NCBI GenBank assembly: GCA_902619165.1
Contig: CACNDI010000013.1
Span: 1,843-65,842, forward strand
Direction: 5' to 3'
DNA from: an uncultured Alphaproteobacteria bacterium
Lineage (GTDB): Bacteria > Pseudomonadota > Alphaproteobacteria > Rhodobacterales > Rhodobacteraceae
Length of the DNA stretch: 64,000 bases
Part shown: positions 1 to 9,162 of the stretch, piece after piece
Layout of the letters: every line of letters begins with the position of its first letter
Numbering within the stretch: the first letter of the stretch is position 1
Program-made: the position numbers and the translations under genes
Notes under the pieces: generated by a model
Databases searched by the model: none
Told to the model about the DNA's origin: nothing
What the model saw: the letters and a program-made list of their open reading frames with translations, nothing else

Positions 1-1363
1 CAGCTTCATTTACACCAATGTAATCAGCCTGATCTTTCTCTAGTTTTGTAAGTTTCACTCCTATTTTCTCTAAGTGCAACCTTGCAACTTTTTCATCCAG
101 ATGTTTTGGCAGCGTGTACACGCTATTGGAATAATTCTTACTATTTTTCCATAGCTCGATTTGGGCTAGGACTTGATTACTAAAGCTTGCGGACATTACA
201 AAAGATGGATGACCAGTTGCATTTCCAAGATTAAGTAATCTGCCTTCAGACAATAGAATTATATTTCTACCTGAAGCCATTTCCACCATATCAACCTGGT
301 CTTTTATTTTTGTCCATTTTTGATTTTTGAGAGCAGCGACTTCGATTTCGTTGTCAAAATGACCAATGTTTCCAACGATAGCCATATTTTTCATATTCCT
401 CATATGGTCTAGCTTTATAACATCTTTGTTTCCTGTAGCTGTAATAAATACATCTGCTGTTTCGAGTGTGTCTTCTAATGTTACCACTTCGAAACCATCC
501 ATTGCGGCTTGCAGCGCACATATAGGATCTACTTCCGTAACCTTTACGCGTGCTCCGGCTCCTCGTAATGATGCTGCTGATCCTTTTCCCACGTCACCGT
601 AACCACAAACGACTGCAACTTTACCTGCCATCATAGTATCTGTTGCTCTTCTTATTCCATCTACTAACGATTCTTTACAGCCATATTTGTTATCAAATTT
701 AGACTTTGTAACGCTATCATTTACGTTAATTGCAGGAAAAGGTAGCTTACCTTCCCGCTCTAACTGATACAAACGGTTTACACCTGTAGTTGTCTCCTCT
801 GAAACACCAAGAATCGACTCCTTTTGTTTCGTAAACCAGCCTTTACTTGATTGTAATCTCTTTTTAATTTGTTTAAAAAGCGCTTCCTCTTCCTCTGAAG
901 ATGGTTTTTCCAAAAATTCTGTGTCTCCACTCTCTGCCCGCGATCCTAATAGGACATACATAGTTGCATCACCGCCGTCATCTAGGATTAGGTTCGCTGT
1001 TTCTTCCTTAAAAAGAAATATTTTATCAGCATATTCCCAGTATTCATCGAGGGTTTCACCTTTATAAGCAAACACAGGAACACCGCTTTCCGCTATAGCT
1101 GCTGCAGCGTGATCTTGTGTAGAAAAAATATTACAACTTGCCCAACGAACATCCGCGCCTAAATCGACCAGTGTCTCTATTAAGACAGCTGTTTGAATTG
1201 TCATATGGAGACTTCCTGCAATTCTTGCCCCTTTAAGTGGCTTTTTTCCTTCAAACTCTTTTCTTATGGCCATCAATCCTGGCATTTCTGTTTCAGCAAT
1301 AGCTATCTCTTTTCTTCCGAATGAAGCCAAACTGATATCTTTCACGATAAAATCTTTACCCAT
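1..1363 (-). CDS. ahcY: adenosylhomocysteinase (S-adenosyl-L-homocysteine hydrolase); C-terminal end cut by the window edge
   Basis: Absent from the ORF track because it runs off the window. Own minus-strand translation from ATG at 1363-1361 gives [37 protein letters not shown], then [21 protein letters not shown] (NAD loop) and [31 protein letters not shown], a typical AhcY tail. Confidence 0.9.
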   Translation of the reverse strand, partial: MGKDFIVKDISLASFGRKEIAIAETEMPGLMAIRKEFEGKKPLKGARIAGSLHMTIQTAVLIETLVDLGADVRWASCNIFSTQDHAAAAIAESGVPVFAYKGETLDEYWEYADKIFLFKEETANLILDDGGDATMYVLLGSRAESGDTEFLEKPSSEEEEALFKQIKKRLQSSKGWFTKQKESILGVSEETTTGVNRLYQLEREGKLPFPAINVNDSVTKSKFDNKYGCKESLVDGIRRATDTMMAGKVAVVCGYGDVGKGSAASLRGAGARVKVTEVDPICALQAAMDGFEVVTLEDTLETADVFITATGNKDVIKLDHMRNMKNMAIVGNIGHFDNEIEVAALKNQKWTKIKDQVDMVEMASGRNIILLSEGRLLNLGNATGHPSFVMSASFSNQVLAQIELWKNSKNYSNSVYTLPKHLDEKVARLHLEKIGVKLTKLEKDQADYIGVNEA

Positions 1364-1426
1364 TTTATTTTCCTTACAAAAACTTATATAACTAATAGGA
1401 GTTATAATAATTTTTGCAACTTCAAA

Positions 1427-2008
1427 ATGAAAATAAAAAGGGAATGGCAAAGGATGCTTTCAGGTAGAAGGCTTGAGCTATTAGACCCAAGCCCTCTTGA
1501 TATAGAAATAGAAGATATAGCGCATGGCCTATCGTTTTTAGCCAGATGGAATGGTCAAACTCTCGGTGAATACCCTTTTTCAGTAGCGCAGCACAGTCTA
1601 TTAGTTGAAAAAATTTTTGCAAAGCAATTCCCGCAAATGGATAATCCTTCGAAATTATTTGCTTTACTCCACGACTCTGCTGAATATGTGATAGGGGATA
1701 TGATCTCTCCTCTAAAATCTCATTTGGGTAACACTTATGAAGAATTGGATGAAAAGTTAACAAGAGCAATTTGTATAAGGTTCAATATCCCAACAAAAAA
1801 AATTAAAACAATCAAAAGACGCGTCAAGTTAGCAGACAAAAAGGCTGCTTGGTTGGAAGCTATACATCTTGCAGGGTTTTCAAAACAGGAGGCTGACAGA
1901 ATATTTGGAAAACATGAAGAAATTAAAGGATATGAGAACAGTTTATTACCACAGCCACCATTTTTTATAAGAAAAAAGTTTGTTAATAGATTTAATGACT
2001 TATATTGA
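1427..2008 (+). CDS. HD-domain phosphohydrolase (YfbR-like 5'-nucleotidase family)
   Basis: 193-aa ORF with VAQHSLLV and [18 protein letters not shown], the H...HD...D metal-binding pattern of HD hydrolases. Confidence 0.7.
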   Translation: MKIKREWQRMLSGRRLELLDPSPLDIEIEDIAHGLSFLARWNGQTLGEYPFSVAQHSLLVEKIFAKQFPQMDNPSKLFALLHDSAEYVIGDMISPLKSHLGNTYEELDEKLTRAICIRFNIPTKKIKTIKRRVKLADKKAAWLEAIHLAGFSKQEADRIFGKHEEIKGYENSLLPQPPFFIRKKFVNRFNDLY

Positions 2009-2034
2009 TCGTAAGGGGAAAGGATATTTCTAAA

Positions 2035-2904
2035 ATGCTAGTAGAGTCTATAAAGGATGTAAGTGAAAATACATTTGTCCCCGAGGTTATTGAAAAATCT
2101 AAAGAAAAGATAGTAATAGTTGACTTTTGGGCTCCATGGTGTGGCCCATGCAAAGCCTTAACTCCCATTCTGGAAAGTCAAGCAACGAAAAAGAAGGAAC
2201 ATCTTGAGGTAGTTAAAGTTAATGTAGACGAAAATCAAGGTATCGCCTCTCAACTTAGAGTACAGTCTATCCCCGCAGTCTTCGCTTTTTCAGATGGTCA
2301 ACCAGTTGATGGATTTATGGGCGCCAAAACCGAACCCGAAGTGGAAAAATTTTTAGACACACTTATAAAAAAATTTTCAAAAAATAATTCGAATATATCT
2401 GAAGAGTTTGAAATATTACTTTCAGAAGGGAGGTTTGAGGAGGTAAAGCTAGCGTCAGAAGAACTAATTAAGTCCAGCCCATCCCCGGAGAATTATTCTC
2501 TATTAATAAAGTCAACTATTGGATTAGGCGACTTTGACAGTATCGAGAAACTAATAGAAAATTTATCACCTGAAATACTTAAAGATAATGCGGTTAAAGG
2601 TGCTATTTCATCTTATGAGCTTATGAAGAATAATGATGTCGAAGATAGCAAGAAAGAAATTTTAGATAGAATGCGACAAAACCCCGCCGACCTAGATTGC
2701 AAGATGAATTATTCTAAAATACTCTTTAAGGAGAATAATTTCTCCGAGTGTATAGACGTGCTTTTAGAAATGTTTAGAAAAGACAAGGAATGGAAGGATG
2801 GTTATGCAAAAAAACAGCTACTGTTAATTTTTGATCATCTCGGTAGTGAGAACGAGCTTTCCAAAAAAGGGCGAAGAGCGCTTACATCCTTAATATTTGT
2901 TTGA
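2035..2904 (+). CDS. thioredoxin-domain protein with a C-terminal TPR-like domain (YbbN/CnoX family co-chaperone)
   Basis: VIVDFWAPWCGPCKAL thioredoxin motif followed by a roughly 170-aa helical C-terminal region. I prefer the ATG at 2035 (MLVESIKDVS) to the track's TTG at 2005, but the start is uncertain. Confidence 0.75.
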   Translation: MLVESIKDVSENTFVPEVIEKSKEKIVIVDFWAPWCGPCKALTPILESQATKKKEHLEVVKVNVDENQGIASQLRVQSIPAVFAFSDGQPVDGFMGAKTEPEVEKFLDTLIKKFSKNNSNISEEFEILLSEGRFEEVKLASEELIKSSPSPENYSLLIKSTIGLGDFDSIEKLIENLSPEILKDNAVKGAISSYELMKNNDVEDSKKEILDRMRQNPADLDCKMNYSKILFKENNFSECIDVLLEMFRKDKEWKDGYAKKQLLLIFDHLGSENELSKKGRRALTSLIFV

Positions 2905-2911
2905 ATAACGT

Positions 2912-3559
2912 ATGGAAAAATTACCTAAAAATATACCCCTGTTTCCGCTACCCGGCGCATTGTTACTTCCTAACAGCAGACTTCCACTCAATATATTTGA
3001 GCCAAGGTACATAAGAATGGTTGAAGACACACTTGCCACAAAACATAGACTGATAGGAATGATTCAGCCTATTAAATTAGATAAAAGAAACAAGCTGACT
3101 GGAACAAATAAGTTTCAAAAAGTAGGATGTGCGGGCAGAATTGTTTCATTTACTGAAACTGAAGACGGGAGATACCTTATTACCTTAGAAGGCGTTTCGA
3201 GATTTAATTTTAGAAAGGAAATGGAGGATCAAAAGCCTTATATATTATCTGAAATAGATTGGGATTTTTACAGTAATGACCTTGTTCCCTTCGAAGGTAT
3301 AAACAGTTTTGACAGAAACGGTTTTTTAGAAATTTTGAAAAAGTATTTAGATAGCGCACAAATTGCATCCGACTGGGACGTGCTCAAAAAAGCTAGAGAA
3401 GAAGTTCTTGTGAACTCTTTATCTATGCTTTGTCCGTTTGAACCTGAGGAAAAACAGGTTCTTTTAGAGGCGGAAACGATAGTCAAGAGGTTAGACGTTT
3501 TAGTAACATTGATGAAGCTATCATCGGAAAATGACCTAGAAAGTCGATATGTCCAATAA
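2912..3559 (+). CDS. LON peptidase N-terminal substrate-binding domain protein
   Basis: IPLFPLPGALLLPNSRLPLNIFEPRYIRMV is the signature opening of the Lon N-terminal (LON/PUA-like) domain. There is no ATPase or protease domain. Confidence 0.75.
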   Translation: MEKLPKNIPLFPLPGALLLPNSRLPLNIFEPRYIRMVEDTLATKHRLIGMIQPIKLDKRNKLTGTNKFQKVGCAGRIVSFTETEDGRYLITLEGVSRFNFRKEMEDQKPYILSEIDWDFYSNDLVPFEGINSFDRNGFLEILKKYLDSAQIASDWDVLKKAREEVLVNSLSMLCPFEPEEKQVLLEAETIVKRLDVLVTLMKLSSENDLESRYVQ

Positions 3560-3743
3560 GAAAAAAAATGAGTTCAATACTTATCTCACCAGATTATTGG
3601 TTTGCCCCATTAGTGGTGGAGCGCTGTATTATGATAAAAATGAAAATTATCTGATATCTAAAGTTGCTAAAATAAAGTTTCCGGTGCGAGACGGCGTACC
3701 AATACTTTTAGCATCAGAGTCCGAGCCAATATTTAATGACTGA
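3549..3743 (+). CDS. Trm112 family protein (UPF0434/YcaR-like)
   Basis: 64 aa with LLVCPISGGALYYD...FPVRDGVPILL, the Trm112-like zinc-ribbon pattern. It overlaps the preceding gene by 11 nt. Confidence 0.7.
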   Translation: MSNKKKNEFNTYLTRLLVCPISGGALYYDKNENYLISKVAKIKFPVRDGVPILLASESEPIFND

Positions 3744-5322
3744 AAAGCCTTCTTTTTGTAAAAATCATTGAGATATTTAGCTTATCGGCTGCCTTAATAA
3801 CGTCCAAATCGTTTATTGATCCCCCAGGCTGAATTATACAAGAAATTCCTTTTCGAGAAGCCATTTTAATTGAGTCAGGAAATGGAAAAAAAGCATCCGA
3901 AGCCATACCATTGGAAATATCTTTCGTGTTGTTTTTATAATTTTTTTCTAACCTTCTCGAATTTTCTATTGCTAGTTTCACACTCCCTACCCTGTTGGTC
4001 TGTCCAGCTCCAATTCCAGTTATGCATAGGTTTTTTCCAACAACGATAGCGTTTGATTTTACGTGTTTAACTATCTTCCATAAAAAAACTAAGTTATCAA
4101 ATTCTTTTTTGCTAGGTCTTCTTTTTGTTACTACTTTGAATTCCTCTTCATTTGGTTTACTTAAAGACGTTTCCTGAACAAGATATCCTCCTATGACCGA
4201 CCTAACCTCCTCTATATGTAATAAGGTCCTATCAAAGCTCTTTATTTCAACTATCTTGATGTTCTTTTTAAAACTCAGCATTTTAAAAGCCTCTTCTGAG
4301 AAGCTTTTTGCGATTATCACCTCTGTAAATACGCTTAATATTCTCTTTGCTAGTTTTTCATCAACTTTCTGGTTTACAGCAACAATTCCTCCGAAAGCAG
4401 ATATAGGGTCTGTTTCATAACTTTTTTTATAAGCACCTAAAATTTTGTTATCAATTGCTACTCCGCACGGATTTCCATGCTTTATAATTACACAGGATGA
4501 TTTGTTGTAATCTTCAAGCTCACATAATATTTTGTAGGCTGCCGTCGTATCAGCGAAGTTATTGTAAGATAAAGCTCCATGTAAAATTTTTACGAGATCT
4601 TTTGCTTTTCTTTCTAAATCAGGACTATTGAGATAGGATGCTTCTTGGTGAGGATTCTCTCCATACTTCAAAACCTCTCTTGATGATCCACCAAACAGAC
4701 GGCTTTTAGTATCTTTAAGCTGATTTTTTGATAAAAACCATCCCGTTATTAAGTGATCGTAATAAGATGTTTGGGAAAACGTTTTGCCCGCAAAAAATTT
4801 TCTCGTTTTTTGTCGCGTGCACCCTTGGAAACTTGTTAGCTCTTTTTTTAATTGGATATAATCTGTTGGATCAGAAATAACCATTACATGATCAAAGTTC
4901 TTGGCTGCTGCCCTCATAAGAGCTACCCCTCCTATGTCGATATTATCGATTATGTCTTTTCTGGGGGCCCTACTTTTTAAAATAGTTTCAAAAGGATAAA
5001 GATTAACAACTACTAGGTCTATAGCTTTTGAGCCCATTTTTCTTAACTCTTTAATACTACCCGTATCATCCCTATCAAATAGTATCGGAGCATGAACTTT
5101 TGGATGGAGTGTTTTGACCCGACCATTCAAAATCTCAGGAAATCCTGTTATATCGCTCACCTCTTTAACTTTTAAGCCCACTTTTCTTAAATATCGAGCA
5201 GTTCCTCCTGTAGAGACAAGCTCTACACCTAATCCTTCTAGAAATTTTCCTAAATCCTCCAGATTAGTCTTGTCACTAACACTTATTAATGCCCTGCGGA
5301 TTGGTGTTGTTCCTGATTTCAA
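3733..5322 (-). CDS. purH: bifunctional AICAR transformylase / IMP cyclohydrolase
   Basis: 529 aa. Contains RALISVSDKTNLEDLGKFL, VSTGGTARYL, GRVKTLHPKVHA, KHGNPCGVA and GGSINDLDVIKAADKLNISMIFTKRRLFSH. TTG start overlaps the upstream stop (TTGA). Confidence 0.95.
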   Translation of the reverse strand: MKSGTTPIRRALISVSDKTNLEDLGKFLEGLGVELVSTGGTARYLRKVGLKVKEVSDITGFPEILNGRVKTLHPKVHAPILFDRDDTGSIKELRKMGSKAIDLVVVNLYPFETILKSRAPRKDIIDNIDIGGVALMRAAAKNFDHVMVISDPTDYIQLKKELTSFQGCTRQKTRKFFAGKTFSQTSYYDHLITGWFLSKNQLKDTKSRLFGGSSREVLKYGENPHQEASYLNSPDLERKAKDLVKILHGALSYNNFADTTAAYKILCELEDYNKSSCVIIKHGNPCGVAIDNKILGAYKKSYETDPISAFGGIVAVNQKVDEKLAKRILSVFTEVIIAKSFSEEAFKMLSFKKNIKIVEIKSFDRTLLHIEEVRSVIGGYLVQETSLSKPNEEEFKVVTKRRPSKKEFDNLVFLWKIVKHVKSNAIVVGKNLCITGIGAGQTNRVGSVKLAIENSRRLEKNYKNNTKDISNGMASDAFFPFPDSIKMASRKGISCIIQPGGSINDLDVIKAADKLNISMIFTKRRLFSH

Positions 5323-6983
5323 TCAATAAACTCCTCTAATTTCCAATTTATTTTTTCTTCACGTTGTTTGGCACTATTTTCAATAACCATCATTGTTATT
5401 TCCTGAGGTTCATAAAAATTACCAGTGTATGTTGACTTTTCAAGGCGTAAACTTCCTCCTTTATGTGAAAAAAACATTTTTTTATTACCTGGAATTTCGA
5501 GCATGACTCCATTTCTCCTCTTTTTGCAAGAAATTGAAGGATGCAAATGAAAATAGAGAGTAACGGAGGCATCAATTAAATTTTTTTTTAAATTACCTTC
5601 AGGAAATACTGTGTCCTGTCCAATCACACAGTTTTTTACAAGATCCATTGAAAGTCTCCTGTTAACGGATATGTTATAGTCTTTTTTGTATGCATCATGA
5701 GACAACTCTACGGTTTTTTCAGTGATAGAATTTTCACAGCTTATCTTAGTGTTCCTAGGCCCATCCTTTATATAATAAAATGAGTTTCCTCTTGAAAAAC
5801 GTTTTTTGCCAAAAGAACATTGTGACTTTTCATTTAATAACAAAACGTTGTGTGCCTTAGAGCTTTGACAATATTTCCTGTATTGATACCCAAACCTGCT
5901 ACCACCGCCACAGTTTACAAAAATAGCCTTGGTTCCATAGTACAACTCGAAAGATGAAAATCCTGCATGCGCAATCCCATTTCTTTTTCCGTAAAGAGGG
6001 GCACTAGCATCAATAATCATTGACAATCTAGCCCCATTAAGCCGCTTGAAACCTAAGTCACTTACCTTATCACCTTCTTTATAGTTTTTAATTTCTCCTA
6101 AAAGCCTTACATATCTATCGTAATCTCCCAAACTCCCACCATGGGCGCTAACTAAGCTTCCATTATCAAACTGCAAATACCTTAAAGAGGATCCAAAAAC
6201 ATATGAGATTTTCCTTAATTTATTTTCCTCAGAGGACGGCTTGTTACTCTCAAGATTTGTTGCAATTTCAATTGTTTCGAGCAGCAAAAAAAATACTTTT
6301 GATAACTCCTCCGGACTTCTTATTTGGCCTTTTTTTAATTTATTCTTATAAAGAATAAATAATCTTATCATATATTTGATAACCTTCTTTTGCTTTTTTT
6401 TTGTAAAGTTAAAGGCATATCCAGACAAAACCAAACTGTGACAAATGCAAAGACGCTCTAAAATATTAAATGAAAAATTTTTATAAAAGTTTAAGAAAAG
6501 ATAGTCGTTCTTTAACATCTTATTTATTTTTTTTAGCTGTTCACTCTTACTACAATTTTCTAAATATGTATAATTTCTAACTATTGCCTCTAATCTTGAA
6601 GAGCTTGATTGCACATTTTTGTTTAATCGGTTCAGGGGAAACGTTTCTATCCATGCTTGCGACAACTCTCTGGAGCTTTGGTTGTTTACAATTGAAAGGT
6701 CATTTAGCCATAGAAAACCATCGATTCCGACTTCAACTTCATCAGAAAAAGGTAAAATGCGCCATGGATTATCAACCTTGACATCTAGGATAACATTACC
6801 GAATACATTTATCTTTTTTAATAGTTGCTGACCTATCTCTTCATTGCCTATGTTTGCGCACGGAAGTGTTTTTAAAACCGAAAATCTTTTTTGATCTGAA
6901 AATACCGAGGCAAACTGTCTTGATATATTCAGAAAAAATTTTTCAATGCATAAAAAAATTAACTCTTTAATAAAAAACCACAT
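5319..6983 (-). CDS. heparinase II/III-like family protein of unknown role, conserved between rsmB and purH in alphaproteobacteria
   Basis: 554-aa ORF with AHAGFSSFELYYGTKAIFVNCGGG and HNVLLLNEKSQ segments typical of the heparinase II/III-like C-terminal domain. It is packed with no gap between rsmB (stop 6984) and purH (4-nt overlap). Confidence 0.55.
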   Translation of the reverse strand: MWFFIKELIFLCIEKFFLNISRQFASVFSDQKRFSVLKTLPCANIGNEEIGQQLLKKINVFGNVILDVKVDNPWRILPFSDEVEVGIDGFLWLNDLSIVNNQSSRELSQAWIETFPLNRLNKNVQSSSSRLEAIVRNYTYLENCSKSEQLKKINKMLKNDYLFLNFYKNFSFNILERLCICHSLVLSGYAFNFTKKKQKKVIKYMIRLFILYKNKLKKGQIRSPEELSKVFFLLLETIEIATNLESNKPSSEENKLRKISYVFGSSLRYLQFDNGSLVSAHGGSLGDYDRYVRLLGEIKNYKEGDKVSDLGFKRLNGARLSMIIDASAPLYGKRNGIAHAGFSSFELYYGTKAIFVNCGGGSRFGYQYRKYCQSSKAHNVLLLNEKSQCSFGKKRFSRGNSFYYIKDGPRNTKISCENSITEKTVELSHDAYKKDYNISVNRRLSMDLVKNCVIGQDTVFPEGNLKKNLIDASVTLYFHLHPSISCKKRRNGVMLEIPGNKKMFFSHKGGSLRLEKSTYTGNFYEPQEITMMVIENSAKQREEKINWKLEEFID

Positions 6984-8303
6984 TTAATTACTTTTTCCTT
7001 TTAGATGTAAATATGCAATAAAAAAACCTTCAGTTCCCCCTAAACCTTCCTCAAAAAATGGCATTATTCTTATTCCGCTCTCTTTGTTGGTCTCGTAACC
7101 CTCTTGATCTAAGTAACCTTTTTTTTGGGGATGAATTAGGCAAAAATCTTTATTTTTTTTTAAAAATCTACTTATTTGATCTTCTCCCTCCTGTTTTAGC
7201 AGCGAGCAAACAGAATAAATTATGTAACCATCATCCTGGAGCCAACTGGCGCAACGTGTTAACATTTTTTGCTGTACATCTGATAATTCCTCTAATTTAT
7301 CAAGTGGGTTAAGAAATTGAAGGTCGGGGTTTTTTCCAATAGTTCCAGTAGCAGTGCATGGAGGATCTAGGAGGATAATATCAAAAAGTTTTTTTGGTTG
7401 ATATTCAAAAACATCTGCACAAATTAAATCCAAATCGTAGTTCAATCTATCCAAATTTTCCTTCATAAGTTTGAGTCTTCTCTCAGACTTATCAATTGAG
7501 GTCAAAATTGCTCCGTTGTCAGCCAATTGAAAAGACTTTCCTCCAGGGGCACAACAAACATCTAAAACAATTTTCTCTTTTAAATCCATTGGGGCTATTT
7601 TAACGGGCAAAGATGCAGCTAAACTCTGTACCCACCAGTCTCCAGCCCAGTACCCTTTTGTTTTAATTAGACTGGTTTTTTGTGATAGCCTAAAATGTGA
7701 CCGGTTAACTGAGGTTCCTTGGAGTTGTTTAAAGTAATTTTTCTCTGACGCACTGCTTTTTATAGATAGGTCTATGGGAGATGAATCAGAAAAGATTTTT
7801 TCCACCCTTTCTATAATTTCTAAACTATATTGACTTGACAGTACTTTACGTATTTTACTTTCAAATAAAAATAATGGCTCAAGAGATTTTTTTTTCGACA
7901 CAGAATATCCAAGATGTATAAAGTATCTCAATTGGTCTTTGCTGTGCTTTGTCCTTTCGAAAGAGGATGCCAGTTCTGAATATTTTTTTAATACAGTTTC
8001 CTGCCTTACATTTCTTACCAAAATATCTACTAGAGCAAGTCGCACGAGACAAAAAATCTCTATCCTTAATCTTCCCTTTTTGTTTCTGTTAATCCAAGGA
8101 TCTAGATAAACTGTGAATCTCAATACTTTTTGGACCAAATCATTACATTTTGCTTTATCAGAACTTGAAAGACTTGAAAATTTTATAGCCTTCGAGCCCA
8201 TCGACTGTCTTGTAGAAAGATTTTTTTTGAAAACATTAAGCACAATGAAATAGGCTGAGGCTAAAATTTTGTCATATGTTATTTTATTTAATTTTTTTTT
8301 CAT
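6984..8303 (-). CDS. rsmB: 16S rRNA (cytosine-C5)-methyltransferase, RsmB/Sun family
   Basis: 439 aa. Contains VLDVCCAPGGKS (SAM motif), DIILLDPPCTATGTIGKNPD (catalytic PC motif) and YIIYSVCSLLKQEGE (TC-type motif). Confidence 0.8.
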   Translation of the reverse strand: MKKKLNKITYDKILASAYFIVLNVFKKNLSTRQSMGSKAIKFSSLSSSDKAKCNDLVQKVLRFTVYLDPWINRNKKGRLRIEIFCLVRLALVDILVRNVRQETVLKKYSELASSFERTKHSKDQLRYFIHLGYSVSKKKSLEPLFLFESKIRKVLSSQYSLEIIERVEKIFSDSSPIDLSIKSSASEKNYFKQLQGTSVNRSHFRLSQKTSLIKTKGYWAGDWWVQSLAASLPVKIAPMDLKEKIVLDVCCAPGGKSFQLADNGAILTSIDKSERRLKLMKENLDRLNYDLDLICADVFEYQPKKLFDIILLDPPCTATGTIGKNPDLQFLNPLDKLEELSDVQQKMLTRCASWLQDDGYIIYSVCSLLKQEGEDQISRFLKKNKDFCLIHPQKKGYLDQEGYETNKESGIRIMPFFEEGLGGTEGFFIAYLHLKGKSN

Positions 8304-8382
8304 TTCAGCGAATTTTGATATATGTTTTTGTTGAGCTATATCATACCTAGAAACTCATATTTTTTTATTTTTAAAAACAACA

Positions 8383-8562
8383 ATGACTAATATAGAGAAA
8401 AAATCGAAACAAGCTAAGCGAGCACTAGACGAAGCTAAAAAAAGGCATGCTGATAAATATACTAACCATGAAAAAATGCCAGCTGAAAAAAAAGGACGTG
8501 GTGGACTAGAACCGACAAGATACGGTGACTGGGAAGTCAAGGGTATTGCTTCTGACTTTTAA
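8383..8562 (+). CDS. DUF1674 / SDHAF4-like small protein (succinate dehydrogenase assembly factor 4 family)
   Basis: 59-codon ORF found by own translation and absent from the ORF track. Sequence is MTNIEKKSKQAKRALDEAKKRHADKYTNHEKMPAEKKGRGGLEPTRYGDWEVKGIASDF. The C-terminal EPTRYGDWE.KG...DF is the family signature. A hairpin plus T9 terminator follows. Confidence 0.75.
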   Translation: MTNIEKKSKQAKRALDEAKKRHADKYTNHEKMPAEKKGRGGLEPTRYGDWEVKGIASDF

Positions 8563-8633
8563 AATATCAATTTACTATTGTATTAAATCTAAAAACCTTG
8601 TATGTATTAGCAAATTATTTGGTTTTAGATTTT

Positions 8634-8656
8634 GGGCTTTAAGGCCCTTTTTTTTT
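8634..8656 (+). terminator. intrinsic terminator after the DUF1674 gene
   Basis: GGGCT (8634-8638) pairs with GGCCC (8643-8647) across a TTAA loop, followed by T9 at 8648-8656. Confidence 0.55.
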
Positions 8657-8667
8657 GGAGCCCTTTA

Positions 8668-9162
8668 TTGTTAAATTTAATTGCGAATACCTCTACCGAG
8701 AAAAATATATATAAGGTTTTAGAGCCCATTATTTTAGATAAGGGGTTGAGGATAGTTAAGATACAGTTGCGGAAAGGTAAAGAGTTAAAATTATTGGTTT
8801 TTCTAGATAGGATAGATGGTAAAGTGACGATAGATGAATGCGCAGACATTTCAGTGGAAATAAATTCTCTTTTGGATATTGAAAGCATAATAAAAGATCC
8901 CTTTAGGCTCGAGGTGTCCTCTGCAGGAATAGATAGATATCTTTCCTCTTTGGATGATTTTACAAAATATAAAAACCACAACGTAAAGATAAAAAGTGAG
9001 ACCTACTCAGGAAGAGGAAAATTAGTTGCCCATAGCCAAAATTCATTGACCTTGTTGAATAGTAGTGGGGAAACATGCTTAGACTTATCTCGTGTTTTAG
9101 ATATTAAAATAGATTTAGAAGGAATGTCTTTAGAAAGTATAAAAGAAATGGAGTTTAAATGA
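8668..9162 (+). CDS. rimP: ribosome maturation factor RimP
   Basis: IYKVLEPIILDKGLRIVKIQ...RLEVSSAGIDRYL matches the RimP pattern and sits just upstream of nusA. The track's start at 8632 (TTG) lies inside the terminator hairpin. TTG at 8668 has GGAG (8657-8660) 7 nt upstream, so I prefer it. Confidence 0.8.
   Translation: MLNLIANTSTEKNIYKVLEPIILDKGLRIVKIQLRKGKELKLLVFLDRIDGKVTIDECADISVEINSLLDIESIIKDPFRLEVSSAGIDRYLSSLDDFTKYKNHNVKIKSETYSGRGKLVAHSQNSLTLLNSSGETCLDLSRVLDIKIDLEGMSLESIKEMEFK

Noticed and set aside
1364-1426. SAH riboswitch upstream of ahcY
   Set aside because: The leader is only 63 nt and almost entirely A/T. It is too short and lacks the GC-rich pseudoknot-forming segments of SAH riboswitches.
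8355-8540. 61-aa minus-strand ORF listed in the track
   Set aside because: It is the antisense shadow of the DUF1674-like gene on the plus strand, which has a family signature and its own terminator.
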